A DNA stretch of 27,168 nucleotides, from assembly GCA_964559065.1 (NCBI GenBank), contig CAZLII010000001.1, forward strand, positions 1 to 27,168, in the 5' to 3' direction. A program made the translations under genes and the position numbers. The notes beneath the pieces were generated by a model. It made no database searches, had not been told where the DNA came from, and worked only from the letters and a program-made list of their open reading frames with translations. Shown in pieces: positions 15,661-24,299 of this stretch (position 1 is the first letter of the stretch; each line of letters begins with the position of its first letter). The DNA is from an uncultured Nitrospirales bacterium (lineage in GTDB: Bacteria; Hydrogenedentota; Hydrogenedentia; Hydrogenedentales; CAILVY01).

Positions 15661-18600
15661 TCAGATTCGGATGCGGGTGCCCGGAAACGCGGTGATACTG
15701 AACTCGATATTGAAATCCGTGCCGCGCTCGCGATTTCGGATGCGCAGGGCGGTCTCCCAGCAATGGAGTGAACGCCGAATTTCGTAGGTCTGGATTCTCA
15801 AGTCGCCCCGGCTGATATCAACGATATGCTCAAACCACAGCCCCCAGTGATCGCCCAGTTTGCAGCCCAAACTGTAGAGAATATCGCGGTTGTACACCCG
15901 GCTTGCGGTTTCGGTATAGATGAACCCCATGCGCCCGTTGAAATAGCCGCCCATGGGGATATCGTCATAGTAGAGATGGGTCAGCACGCGGTTGAAATCG
16001 CCCAGCATGGCCTGGTGCTCGAGTTCCGGATTCAATCGCCAGGGCTGCCGGAAGATCAGTTCATATGCCTGAAGGAATGTTTCGCTCTGATAGATGGGGA
16101 CTCGCGGCAGAATGTCCCGATTGACCTTGAAGCGCTCTGCCGCCAGTTGAAATCCCCACCAAGGCCGCGGTCTGAAGTCAATTTCCGCTTCATAGTTTTC
16201 AGACGCGCTGGTCTCATTCCAGAAGTCGTTTCCCTGATACAGGGTGAAGCGTCCCACTTGCCAGGCCTCGTTGGTATAAGCGTCGCGGCCGTAGAGCAAA
16301 TTGTCGAGTTTGGATTCGATGCGGGCGTGTCCATAGACGCTGTCCCATGCATCGTATCGGGGCGATTTTTCGATGCCAAGCGTTGACTTGGGCCGATAGG
16401 ACATGGTCACCGAGGGGACGACCAGGTGCTTGAATTCGGAGAATCCGAGGATGCCGGGATAGGTTTTGTGGAAGCGGCTTTGGGCCGTCACGCCAAGTTT
16501 GGTGGACAGCCGGGCTTGGGCGGTATCGTCATGGTCTTCAGTCAGATAAAAAGTGGCTTCGTTTTCCCAGTATGGCGTAAGGGTGAATCCTTCCACCGGC
16601 GCCCAGGCATAGGAAAGGCGTGCGATGTTGGCTTGGCGCCCGCCGGTATCGCCGTTCTGTTCGCGGTCGTTGTAGCCGACGAGGGCGTCATAGGTGAAAT
16701 AGAGATTGGGAGCGATCCGTCGTTCGATGAGGTGGAAGGTGGCTTCGGGCAGGTATTCCGTTTCATAGACCCAGCGATGCATGTTCAATCGCGCGGTGGA
16801 GGTGGCGATGTAGGAGGGTTGCCGATACGTGACGTTGACAAAGTCCCTTGGGGTGGTCCGATGCCGGTAGAGTTCCCTGTGGAAATCCCTGTAGACGTCT
16901 CGGTCCCGCCACATTTCGAGTTGTCCGCGCACCACCAGGTCTTCCGAATACTCATAGCGGTGATACCATTCGCCGTAGCCCCGGCTCTCTGTGGTCATCA
17001 GGCCGTGCGCTTCGCCTTTGCTTCGGAAGAACGGCGAGGCGGGATTGTCCATGAAATCATAGTTCACATCCAATCCGAATCCGACGCCTTCCTTCTCGGT
17101 GGGATAGAGCCGCGGCCCCATGGTGATATCGCGGTTCACTTCAAACTGCATGCCGAGATTGGCGTAGTATCCCAGTTCTGCGGAGCGGCCGCTGCGGAAG
17201 TCAATATTCCAGGGGTTTTCCTCCTGCATATCTGCGCGCCAGCGCGGGAGATATAGCGGTGTGGGCATTTTTCCGAATTGAAGGCGGGCATGCGAACCGC
17301 GAAGCACCTGATTTTCGTCCGCGCTGAAGGATTTCATGCGCAGCCGATAGTGGGGGTTTTCATGGTCGCATGTTGTTATCCAGACCTCTTCGCCGAATAC
17401 TTGTTGGGGTCCCCGGATATGCAGTTTTTCGGCGTGAAAATAATAGAGACCGGCGCGGCCCCTGACGTCTGTCAGTTCCCCCGTTTGATCGGCGAAGTCG
17501 TAGTGCACCTCGCTTGCTGTCATCTCGCGCGCAGGCTCGACGATATGCACATCCTTTGCATCGAGTTTGCCGACGCTGAGCCGCTGGCGGGCGCGCTCCT
17601 GCTCGTCCAGTTCGGCGGCCAACGGTGAGACCTCTTCGGGCGCCGTCTCCGGCGCTTCTTCCTCTTCCACCGGCAACTGGTAACGCATTTCGGATGCGGT
17701 AAGGCGGGAGGATTCCTGCTCCACCTGCACGTTTCCTTTGACGAATATTTCGCCGGTATCCTCGGAATGGGTGAGAGAATCGGCGCGGAATAGCATGTTG
17801 CCCATGCGCAAGCGGACATTGTTTTCGAGATGCAGCACGCCGGTCTGTAAGTCTCGGGTCATTTTTTCCGCCTCGACATCACGGAGCGGCTCTGTCCAGT
17901 CCGGAGGTTCAAATCCGGCCTCAAGCGAGCCGAATTCCGTCGGTTGTCGCAGGGCGTCTGTTATTGTGCGCTTGGCGACTTGGCGCGTAGGCGCGGCGGT
18001 CGGCTTTGCCACATATCTTTCGGAGGTCCGGAGCGGGTAGCGCTTGAAGATGCGCGCAAAGAGCGATTTTTTTCTGGGAACTTCGATTTCCGGCGATTCC
18101 GGGGCTTCCGGCATCAATTCCGGCGGCGGCTGTGCGATGGCTGTCGGCGGCGTTTCGGTCAACGGAAGCAGACGCCATTCACGGTCGCGCAAACTCAAGG
18201 CCAGCAGTGCGCCGGGAAATACCGAGATTCGTGTGGGCGTGAAATCCAACGGGATGCGCTCACGTTCGGCCAAACTGGAATCCAGACGCACCAGGGTGCG
18301 TTCAGACAAGACAAACACTTCATCGCGGTAAACGGCCATGGTCTCGACCGGGATTTCTTTTGCGCGGATGATACGCCGCGCAGCGGCGTCAACGAGCGAC
18401 AGTTGCGCGGCGCATCCCACGACAAAGCGGTCACCGGACACGGCGCCAAGGTGCTGGGGAATATCAGGCAGGGCAACCATGCTGCGCTCCGCCAGACGAT
18501 CGAGTCGAATGAGGGTCAACTGAGGTTCGATGCGGCCAATCACGCCCAGATAGCGGGCGGTCGTCACCGCGCCGGAGGGAAAACCGGGCGCCTTTTCCAG

Positions 18601-19065
18601 GGTGGTGGTAAGGACAGGCGGCCCTGGATCGAGAATTGTGACGCTTTCGGAAAAGGTGTTGGTGATGACGAAGCGCCCATCGGACATTGCCGCGAGCGTG
18701 GCGGGGCTTTCGCCGACAGGTATGGTTGCGAGGAGTGTTTCATCGGGCAGATGGATCAGGGAAACCGTATTGTCCAGACGGTTGACGCATGCCAGCGTGT
18801 GGCCGTCGGGCGCCAACGCCAAAGCCACAGGCCCCCGCCCCACGGGAATGGTGCTGATGCGTGATTGATTGTCGGCGTCAAAGACCCAAATCTCGTCGCG
18901 ATTGTTCACCGCAAAATAAAGCCGGTTCTGGTCGGGGAGCAGCAGGGCGTCGCGAAACTGCGCCTCCGCGTCATACGCATCAAATGGTGATGCCGAGGCG
19001 GACAGCGTCCACAGAACAGCCATGAGTCCGTATCCGATTGTCATATTGGACATAAGCACACCCAC
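15661..19065 (-). CDS. lptD: LptD-like LPS-assembly outer-membrane barrel with an extra N-terminal YVTN/YncE-type beta-propeller (1134 aa)
   Basis: Signal peptide; YVTN-like repeats (STIPVGRGPVALALAPDG..LACVNRLDNTVSLI; ATIPVGESP); Pro-rich linker; OstA/LptA-like jellyroll (LHLENNVRL...FRADSL...GEIFVKGNVQV; ITTCD..NPHYRL); aromatic-rich barrel ending RRSLHCWE...FNIEFSI. Confidence 0.78.
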   Translation of the reverse strand: MGVLMSNMTIGYGLMAVLWTLSASASPFDAYDAEAQFRDALLLPDQNRLYFAVNNRDEIWVFDADNQSRISTIPVGRGPVALALAPDGHTLACVNRLDNTVSLIHLPDETLLATIPVGESPATLAAMSDGRFVITNTFSESVTILDPGPPVLTTTLEKAPGFPSGAVTTARYLGVIGRIEPQLTLIRLDRLAERSMVALPDIPQHLGAVSGDRFVVGCAAQLSLVDAAARRIIRAKEIPVETMAVYRDEVFVLSERTLVRLDSSLAERERIPLDFTPTRISVFPGALLALSLRDREWRLLPLTETPPTAIAQPPPELMPEAPESPEIEVPRKKSLFARIFKRYPLRTSERYVAKPTAAPTRQVAKRTITDALRQPTEFGSLEAGFEPPDWTEPLRDVEAEKMTRDLQTGVLHLENNVRLRMGNMLFRADSLTHSEDTGEIFVKGNVQVEQESSRLTASEMRYQLPVEEEEAPETAPEEVSPLAAELDEQERARQRLSVGKLDAKDVHIVEPAREMTASEVHYDFADQTGELTDVRGRAGLYYFHAEKLHIRGPQQVFGEEVWITTCDHENPHYRLRMKSFSADENQVLRGSHARLQFGKMPTPLYLPRWRADMQEENPWNIDFRSGRSAELGYYANLGMQFEVNRDITMGPRLYPTEKEGVGFGLDVNYDFMDNPASPFFRSKGEAHGLMTTESRGYGEWYHRYEYSEDLVVRGQLEMWRDRDVYRDFHRELYRHRTTPRDFVNVTYRQPSYIATSTARLNMHRWVYETEYLPEATFHLIERRIAPNLYFTYDALVGYNDREQNGDTGGRQANIARLSYAWAPVEGFTLTPYWENEATFYLTEDHDDTAQARLSTKLGVTAQSRFHKTYPGILGFSEFKHLVVPSVTMSYRPKSTLGIEKSPRYDAWDSVYGHARIESKLDNLLYGRDAYTNEAWQVGRFTLYQGNDFWNETSASENYEAEIDFRPRPWWGFQLAAERFKVNRDILPRVPIYQSETFLQAYELIFRQPWRLNPELEHQAMLGDFNRVLTHLYYDDIPMGGYFNGRMGFIYTETASRVYNRDILYSLGCKLGDHWGLWFEHIVDISRGDLRIQTYEIRRSLHCWETALRIRNRERGTDFNIEFSITAFPGTRIRI

Positions 19066-19133
19066 GCCGGAAACGGCGTCATTGTCTGCATTTCAAGCCC
19101 TGTACATACGACACGAGAGCGCACTGATTTCAG

Positions 19134-19430
19134 TCAGCGCCCGGGGATGATGAACCAGAATGCGGCGACACGCTTGGACGGGCGTTCATCAGAACGCTGT
19201 ATTTCTGAGGGACGATGAATTTCCGGCTGTCTTTCTTGGTCCGCCTCAGATTCCGGCGCGGGGACGGTCGCCTGCGGCACAGGCGCGGATGGCGGCGCAT
19301 CGGTCGAGACATCGTCCGCAGCACTTACGGGCGGGGGCAGTTCACGTGTCTGCACCATTGTTTCCCCCTGCTCCGCCCATGCAACGCCTGCAATCAGCAC
19401 GAACAAGGCTGCCGGAAATATTTTCAACAT
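19134..19430 (-). CDS. Small secreted Pro/acidic-rich protein with a hydrophobic C-terminal motif (98 aa)
   Basis: Start reassigned to ATG 19430, overlapping the pfkB stop (ATGTTGA); signal MLKIFPAALFVLIAGVAWA; C-terminus KRVAAFWFIIPGR. Confidence 0.62.
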   Translation of the reverse strand: MLKIFPAALFVLIAGVAWAEQGETMVQTRELPPPVSAADDVSTDAPPSAPVPQATVPAPESEADQERQPEIHRPSEIQRSDERPSKRVAAFWFIIPGR

Positions 19431-20362
19431 GTTTTGCCCTCCATGAAACACACCGTGTCCTCCAACGATCGAATTGCCTCTGCGCCGCCCATCCGCTGCA
19501 CGGTCAAGCCGCCGACCGCGTTGGCGAGTTGGCCGCAGCGTTTCAAATCCCAACCGTTCAAATGGGCATACAGGAATCCGCCGCACGCTGCATCGCCTGC
19601 GCCCGTAGTGTCCACCACCTGCACCCGATGCGCGGGCATGTGGTGCTGCTCGCTGGCATTCTTGACGAACAATCCATCTGCGCCCATTTTTACGATGACG
19701 GTCTCCACACCGTAACTCCGGTAGAAATCCGCGATGGATTCCGGTTCTTGCCGCCCCGTGTAATGACGCGCTTCTTCAAGACTGGAGAACACAATATCCA
19801 AGTGGGGCAACGATGGTTCAATCAATGGAAGCCAGACGCCTTTGCCGTCGTAACAGGTGTCCATCGAGGTTTTTACACCGAGTTGATGCGCTTTTTCAAA
19901 TATGCGCCCCATTGGTTCTCCGTCCAGCATGGGCGTGATTGCCGGCCCCCCCCAATGCAGGATGCGCGCTCCGGATATCACCTCAAAATCCAGGTCGGCT
20001 TCGCACGTCTGTGCGGTGGTGCCCAAGTGATGCAGAAAAGTCCGCTCGCCGTCCGCGCTGATCAGCACAACAGTCGCCGACGAATGACAGTCATCCACCC
20101 GCTTCACCCCATCGGTATTCACGCCGGCCGCATGCAATGCGCCCATGATAAAATCGCCGAATCCGTCGTTGCCCAGCCGCCCCACGAAGGCGGCGCTGCC
20201 GCCCAGTTGCCGCATCACCACGGCGGTAACCGCTGCAAGACCGCCGAGGTGCATCTCGAGTTGCGGCACCAGGGAAAGCGTTCCCCGGGAGGGCAACTCC
20301 TCCACCGGGCGCACCATGACATCCGCGCATACCACGCCTACCGTGACCACATCCACCGACAT
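19424..20362 (-). CDS. PfkB/ribokinase-family carbohydrate kinase (312 aa)
   Basis: Start reassigned to ATG 20362 (AAAGGA RBS; MSVDVVTVG). GG.AA.TAV..RQLG, FVGRLGND.FGD, VIVKMGADG and VDTTGAGDA motifs. Confidence 0.9.
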   Translation of the reverse strand: MSVDVVTVGVVCADVMVRPVEELPSRGTLSLVPQLEMHLGGLAAVTAVVMRQLGGSAAFVGRLGNDGFGDFIMGALHAAGVNTDGVKRVDDCHSSATVVLISADGERTFLHHLGTTAQTCEADLDFEVISGARILHWGGPAITPMLDGEPMGRIFEKAHQLGVKTSMDTCYDGKGVWLPLIEPSLPHLDIVFSSLEEARHYTGRQEPESIADFYRSYGVETVIVKMGADGLFVKNASEQHHMPAHRVQVVDTTGAGDAACGGFLYAHLNGWDLKRCGQLANAVGGLTVQRMGGAEAIRSLEDTVCFMEGKTC

Positions 20363-20553
20363 GAATCCGTCCTTTGAGCCAGCCCATTTGTAACCAGGAA
20401 TCAACGCCCGCAGTATAGCAAGTGCATTTTCGTGTGCGCAAAGGAAGCAGGCGGGTTCGTCCGCAAGGGTTGATCCCCTTGTGCGGGACTGGCGTTGTGC
20501 GCCGGGCATGCCGTATCATGGCGCGTCTTTGTCCAGCGGAAGGAAACGCAGCC

Positions 20554-21285
20554 GTGCCGAAACGCAAAGAATCTTTGGAAAAGCAGCGCGCACGCGCTGT
20601 TGCCATCTATGATCGCCTCTATCAACGTTACCCCGACGTACGATGCACGTTGGACCGCAAGAATGCCTTTCAACTGCTGATTGCCACCATTCTCGCAGCG
20701 CAATGCACCGACGCCCGGGTCAATATCGTTACCAGGACGCTTTTCAAAAAGTACCGCAAGCCGCAAGACTACCTGAACGCCCCGGTGGAGGAATTGGAGC
20801 AGGACATTCGCAGCACCGGATTCTATCGCATGAAGGCGAAAAACATCCGGGGGCTTTGCCGGATGCTCGTGGACGAATACGGCGGCAAGGCGCCGAATAC
20901 GATGGATGCCCTGCTCAGGCTGCCAGGCGTCGGACGAAAGACCGCCAATGTGGTGCTGGGCGACTGTTTTGGCGTACAGGGCGTGGTGGTGGACACCCAT
21001 TGCGGGCGACTCGCGCGCCGCATGGGATTCACGGAAAACATTGACCCCAAGAAAGTTGAGCAGGATCTCATGCGCGTCTGGCCAGAAAATCGCTGGTCGC
21101 TGTTTGGGCACCTGATGGTCTTCCACGGCCGCGACGTATGCACCGCACGCAAACCGAGATGTGGCGAGTGCCCCATTACCGACCTGTGCCCTTATCCAGA
21201 TTCCATAAACCAAACCGTCAAAAACGGTCGCGGACAGGATGAAGAAATCATCGAGAAACACAAAGCAAAGAAACCAAAGGCCTGA
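20554..21285 (+). CDS. nth: Endonuclease III (HhH-GPD DNA glycosylase with 4Fe-4S cluster, 243 aa)
   Basis: GTG start at 20554 after AAGGA; LLIATILAAQCTDARVN, LPGVGRKTANVV, VVDTH, CTARKPRCGECPITDLC. Confidence 0.93.
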   Translation: MPKRKESLEKQRARAVAIYDRLYQRYPDVRCTLDRKNAFQLLIATILAAQCTDARVNIVTRTLFKKYRKPQDYLNAPVEELEQDIRSTGFYRMKAKNIRGLCRMLVDEYGGKAPNTMDALLRLPGVGRKTANVVLGDCFGVQGVVVDTHCGRLARRMGFTENIDPKKVEQDLMRVWPENRWSLFGHLMVFHGRDVCTARKPRCGECPITDLCPYPDSINQTVKNGRGQDEEIIEKHKAKKPKA

Positions 21286-22048
21286 TCAAAAACCGTCTGT
21301 TGCTTCCACAGCCGTCACGCCATCAATCGTCTCAGGGTGGAAATATTATTGGGTTGTGGTCTACGTGGTGTCAGTGCTTGCCGTGGATACCCTGGCCGTT
21401 TGGGGTATCAGATGGCCCTTCGATTGGACCTTTTTTTTGTGGGGATCACATCGTATTCAGGATTGGGCATTGCGCTGGGGTGCGCCCAAGGGTCTTGCCG
21501 ATCTTGTAACTTCCTGGCCGTTCGGCCAAGTGGACTATTTCAAACTGGTTTTCTGGTTTGTGGTCCCGTTTGTTATGTGTCTGCGCGGGACGGACTGGGG
21601 TGCGTTGGGAGTCAAACGCTGGCGGCGCATTGACTTGTATTTATTGGGCGGTCTCGCCTTGTTGGGGCTGGCTGCCGTGTTGGTCATTCCCTACATCCCC
21701 TCGTTGCGGGCCTATTATCCCGGTCAGCGCGGCATGCATGCCGTGCCGTGGGCGCAATTCCCTGTTCATTTGTGTTGGGTGTTGTCCTGGCTTTTGGGTT
21801 GGGAATTCATGCACCGCTATTTTCTATTGCGGCGGGTGTCGGCGCGGTGGCCGCATTGGGGTTGGTGCCTCGTGCCGCTTTTTGAAACGGTCTATCATCT
21901 GCAGAAGGCGGGACTGGAAGCCGCCGCAATGCTGGTGTTTTCGATCATTCTGACCCGGTGGAGCCTGCGCCGGAACAACGTGCTGCTGCCGTTCCTGGCG
22001 CATCTCATCGTGGAAATCGAACTGATCCTCTTTCTGCTGTTCCGATGA
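21239..22048 (+). CDS. CPBP (Abi/CAAX-protease-like) family intramembrane protein (269 aa)
   Basis: Multiple TM segments; motifs WEFMHRY, FETVYHLQK and PFLAHLIVE in CPBP order. Overlaps the nth 3' end by 47 nt, so the start is uncertain. Confidence 0.68.
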   Translation: MKKSSRNTKQRNQRPDQKPSVASTAVTPSIVSGWKYYWVVVYVVSVLAVDTLAVWGIRWPFDWTFFLWGSHRIQDWALRWGAPKGLADLVTSWPFGQVDYFKLVFWFVVPFVMCLRGTDWGALGVKRWRRIDLYLLGGLALLGLAAVLVIPYIPSLRAYYPGQRGMHAVPWAQFPVHLCWVLSWLLGWEFMHRYFLLRRVSARWPHWGWCLVPLFETVYHLQKAGLEAAAMLVFSIILTRWSLRRNNVLLPFLAHLIVEIELILFLLFR

Positions 22049-22158
22049 GGTCCGGGGCCGTGACGTTTCTCGAAATTCCCTTTCCACATTAGACTTTTTT
22101 GGCATGGTCTGCTCATGATAGGAATGTTTACGCGGATGCGATTGTTTTCGGCGTAAGA

Positions 22159-22187
22159 TTGGCTTTGGTCCGGGATTTTAGTATACT
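22159..22187 (+). promoter_or_regulatory. Sigma70-type promoter TTGGCT-N17-TATACT
   Basis: Hexamers at 22159-22164 and 22182-22187; GAGGTG RBS and ATG at 22220 follow. Confidence 0.6.
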
Positions 22188-22219
22188 GCCGTTGGTTTGG
22201 AAAACAGTGAGGTGATTCC

Positions 22220-22441
22220 ATGTCGGAAGTACAGGAAAAGCGGTTTCGTGCGGACATGCCGGTTGCGGAGGCCATGGCGGTGCATCCGCGCGTGGGCGAA
22301 GTGTTCGCGGCGTTTCATCTGGGGGGCTGCGCCCATTGCGGCATCAGTCATTACGAGACCATCGAGCAGGTCTGCATGGCGTATGGCGTGGATGTGGATG
22401 TGCTGCTGGAGGTCTTGGAAGGGCTTTTCGAATCCGCGTAA
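22220..22441 (+). CDS. DUF1858 domain small protein (73 aa)
   Basis: DMPVAEAMAVHPRVGEVF..FHLGGCAHC.....ETIEQVC..YGVDVDVLL matches the DUF1858/ScdA_N-like pattern; strong RBS. Confidence 0.83.
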   Translation: MSEVQEKRFRADMPVAEAMAVHPRVGEVFAAFHLGGCAHCGISHYETIEQVCMAYGVDVDVLLEVLEGLFESA

Positions 22442-22453
22442 CGTGCGGCCCTT

Positions 22454-23845
22454 CTATGGCGCGGGTTCCAGATCAATCCGCGCATAGGAAAGCGTGTTGC
22501 CGCCGCCAAGCCCAAGCATGTCAATGGTGAATGACGGCGTATTGCCGGCGCGCACGCTTGCCAGGCAGTACGAACCCATGGGCCGCTTGAGGGGAATGGG
22601 AATCGCTTGCGGCGTGTCGTTCTCAGGCAACAGACGCAGCAGCCGATTGCCCGCATTTCCGCTACTGCAGTAGGCCACAACATACAACTGCCCGTCCGGC
22701 GTGGGATGAAATCGCGCGTGCCCCGGCCATTCCAAGGCGGAGCCTTCAATCAGCACGCGGCGTTCTATGATCGCACCATTCTTCACCACGGCCAGATACA
22801 GGGAATTGATGACGGATCTGCCGGGAAAGAACCTGTCCCGCATTGATGGGTACTGCACCTCGCGTTCGGTGTACATTATCCACGCCGCGCCATCGGGCGC
22901 GATCCACAGGTCCTGGTTGCTGATATGCCCGCCGGTGGCGTCCACGTTCGCGATCTCAATGGGTGCTGCAAAGGACTGCGACGTAATGTCCGGCGTCCAG
23001 GTAAAGTAGAGGATACGAAATACATAGTCCCATTGGCGTTGGGTCTGTTCGAATTTGTATTCACGCCATTCCTTGACTGGCTCGACAATGTCCCCGATGG
23101 CCAGCACATAGGCCGCGCGGTCCACCAGCGCGACTTGCGGATAACAGGATCGAATTGGAAATTCGATGGAACCGGTCGCGAGGGTGTCGCCAGTGATGTT
23201 AAGCAGGCAGGCGTGTTGCACACCTGTCTTGGCGTCAATGTTCAACATAAGCAGTTCCCCGCGCGCGGGGTCCGCCGCGTATCCCCGATATGAGTGATCC
23301 GTGTAATACGGTTTTCCCGCCCATTGGGGACGCAATGCCGCGCGTTCCATCCCGCTTTCCTGCATCCGGAAATGGATGAGGTGTGGTTCACACGGGCCAT
23401 AGTGGGTTCCTGGCGGCTCAAGGGAATCGTTCACATAGAGGAACAGGTCTTGTTCGGAAGTTATCGCCACGGGACAAGGCTCGCGCTGGCGATAGGCGTC
23501 CGCCTCTGCGATCACGCGCCATGCGCCCTGCTCGCGGCGCAACAGGCGCCAGCGGGTGTTGCACAACGGCGGCACATCCACGCCGGTCTCCATCGCACTC
23601 ACAACAACCTGTCCGCCCATGCGCGCGATCTGAGTGCATCCATAGGACCAGAGAGGACCCGACCCATTGTCGGGATTCTTGAGGGTATAGACCTCTTCTT
23701 CTATGCGCACCACTGGATTCCGCAAGACGACCGTATCCGCCGTGGCGAGTTCGCTTACCAGGATGGACAGAATGCCGATGGCGACAATGCGGATTGGCAA
23801 CTCTTCAGCCGAATGCAGGAGGCGCGAAACGATTGTTCTCATCAT
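22454..23845 (-). CDS. Hypothetical exported protein, probably beta-propeller (463 aa)
   Basis: Long ORF; hydrophobic stretch IVAIGILSILVSELATA; beta-rich with blade-like segments (QDLWIAPDGAAWIMY, ARFHPTPDGQLYVVAY). Confidence 0.78.
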   Translation of the reverse strand: MMRTIVSRLLHSAEELPIRIVAIGILSILVSELATADTVVLRNPVVRIEEEVYTLKNPDNGSGPLWSYGCTQIARMGGQVVVSAMETGVDVPPLCNTRWRLLRREQGAWRVIAEADAYRQREPCPVAITSEQDLFLYVNDSLEPPGTHYGPCEPHLIHFRMQESGMERAALRPQWAGKPYYTDHSYRGYAADPARGELLMLNIDAKTGVQHACLLNITGDTLATGSIEFPIRSCYPQVALVDRAAYVLAIGDIVEPVKEWREYKFEQTQRQWDYVFRILYFTWTPDITSQSFAAPIEIANVDATGGHISNQDLWIAPDGAAWIMYTEREVQYPSMRDRFFPGRSVINSLYLAVVKNGAIIERRVLIEGSALEWPGHARFHPTPDGQLYVVAYCSSGNAGNRLLRLLPENDTPQAIPIPLKRPMGSYCLASVRAGNTPSFTIDMLGLGGGNTLSYARIDLEPAP

Positions 23846-23862
23846 CAGGACTTTCCGCCTTT

Positions 23863-23971
23863 CTTTGGAGTGCGGTGGCTTGCCACCGCTCTTACGCGTT
23901 CAGGCTTGCCTGGACCCTCCGGGCGGCAAGCCGCCCGGAGGAAAGCGGCGGCGAGCCACCGCAGTCCAAAG
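23863..23971. repeat. Inverted pair of REP-like palindromes enclosing two further hairpins
   Basis: CTTTGGAGTGCGGTGGCTTGCCACCGCT (23863-23890) vs AGCGGCGGCGAGCCACCGCAGTCCAAAG (23944-23971): 25/28 reverse-complement match. Internal CAGGCTTGCCTG and CTCCGGGCGGC-AA-GCCGCCCGGAG (23917-23940). Confidence 0.85.
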
Positions 23972-24068
23972 ACAAGCGCCATCTTTGTATCTGCTTCATG
24001 CGACTAAAGCGGTTCAGGAAGTGTTTTTTATGAACCCGGTTTCCTCGCCTGTTTTCTGGTTGATCCGC

Positions 24069-24077
24069 AGTATAGCA
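24069..24077 (-). promoter_or_regulatory. Extended -10 element TGcTATACT, candidate promoter for the 463-aa gene
   Basis: Plus strand AGTATAGCA at 24069-24077, about 225 nt upstream of the ATG at 23845. Confidence 0.4.
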
Positions 24078-24092
24078 GTCCACCCTCGAAAC

Positions 24093-24156
24093 AGAAAAGG
24101 CCGCCGCGCCGGGGAGGGTCGAAGGAGGGTCTGTGAACAGCGCGGCGGCGTAAAAC
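24093..24156 (-). terminator. Terminator-like stem (10-bp GC arms, 30-nt loop) with flanking U/A tracts
   Basis: GCCGCCGCGC (24100-24109) and GCGCGGCGGC (24140-24149); followed on the minus strand by CTTTTCTGTTT. The loop is unusually long. Confidence 0.38.
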
Positions 24157-24173
24157 AACGGCGCAGGGGGTGA

Positions 24174-24299
24174 CTACGCCTGTTGGTGGGGACTGGCAAA
24201 CCTTAGGCATACGAGCAGTAGAGAAAAGGCGGATTTGGTACGGGCGAGAAGATAGTCCACCACACTTTGAACCATATCATACACGCCCAGTCGAGCCAT
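24174..24299 (-). CDS. Candidate small ORF, 41 aa (MARLGVYDMVQSVVDYLLARTKSAFSLLLVCLRFASPHQQA)
   Basis: GAGGAGG RBS (24307-24313) 7 nt before the ATG; TAG stop followed by a terminator-like stem. Below the ORF-track length cutoff. Confidence 0.4.
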   Translation of the reverse strand: MARLGVYDMVQSVVDYLLARTKSAFSLLLVCLRFASPHQQA

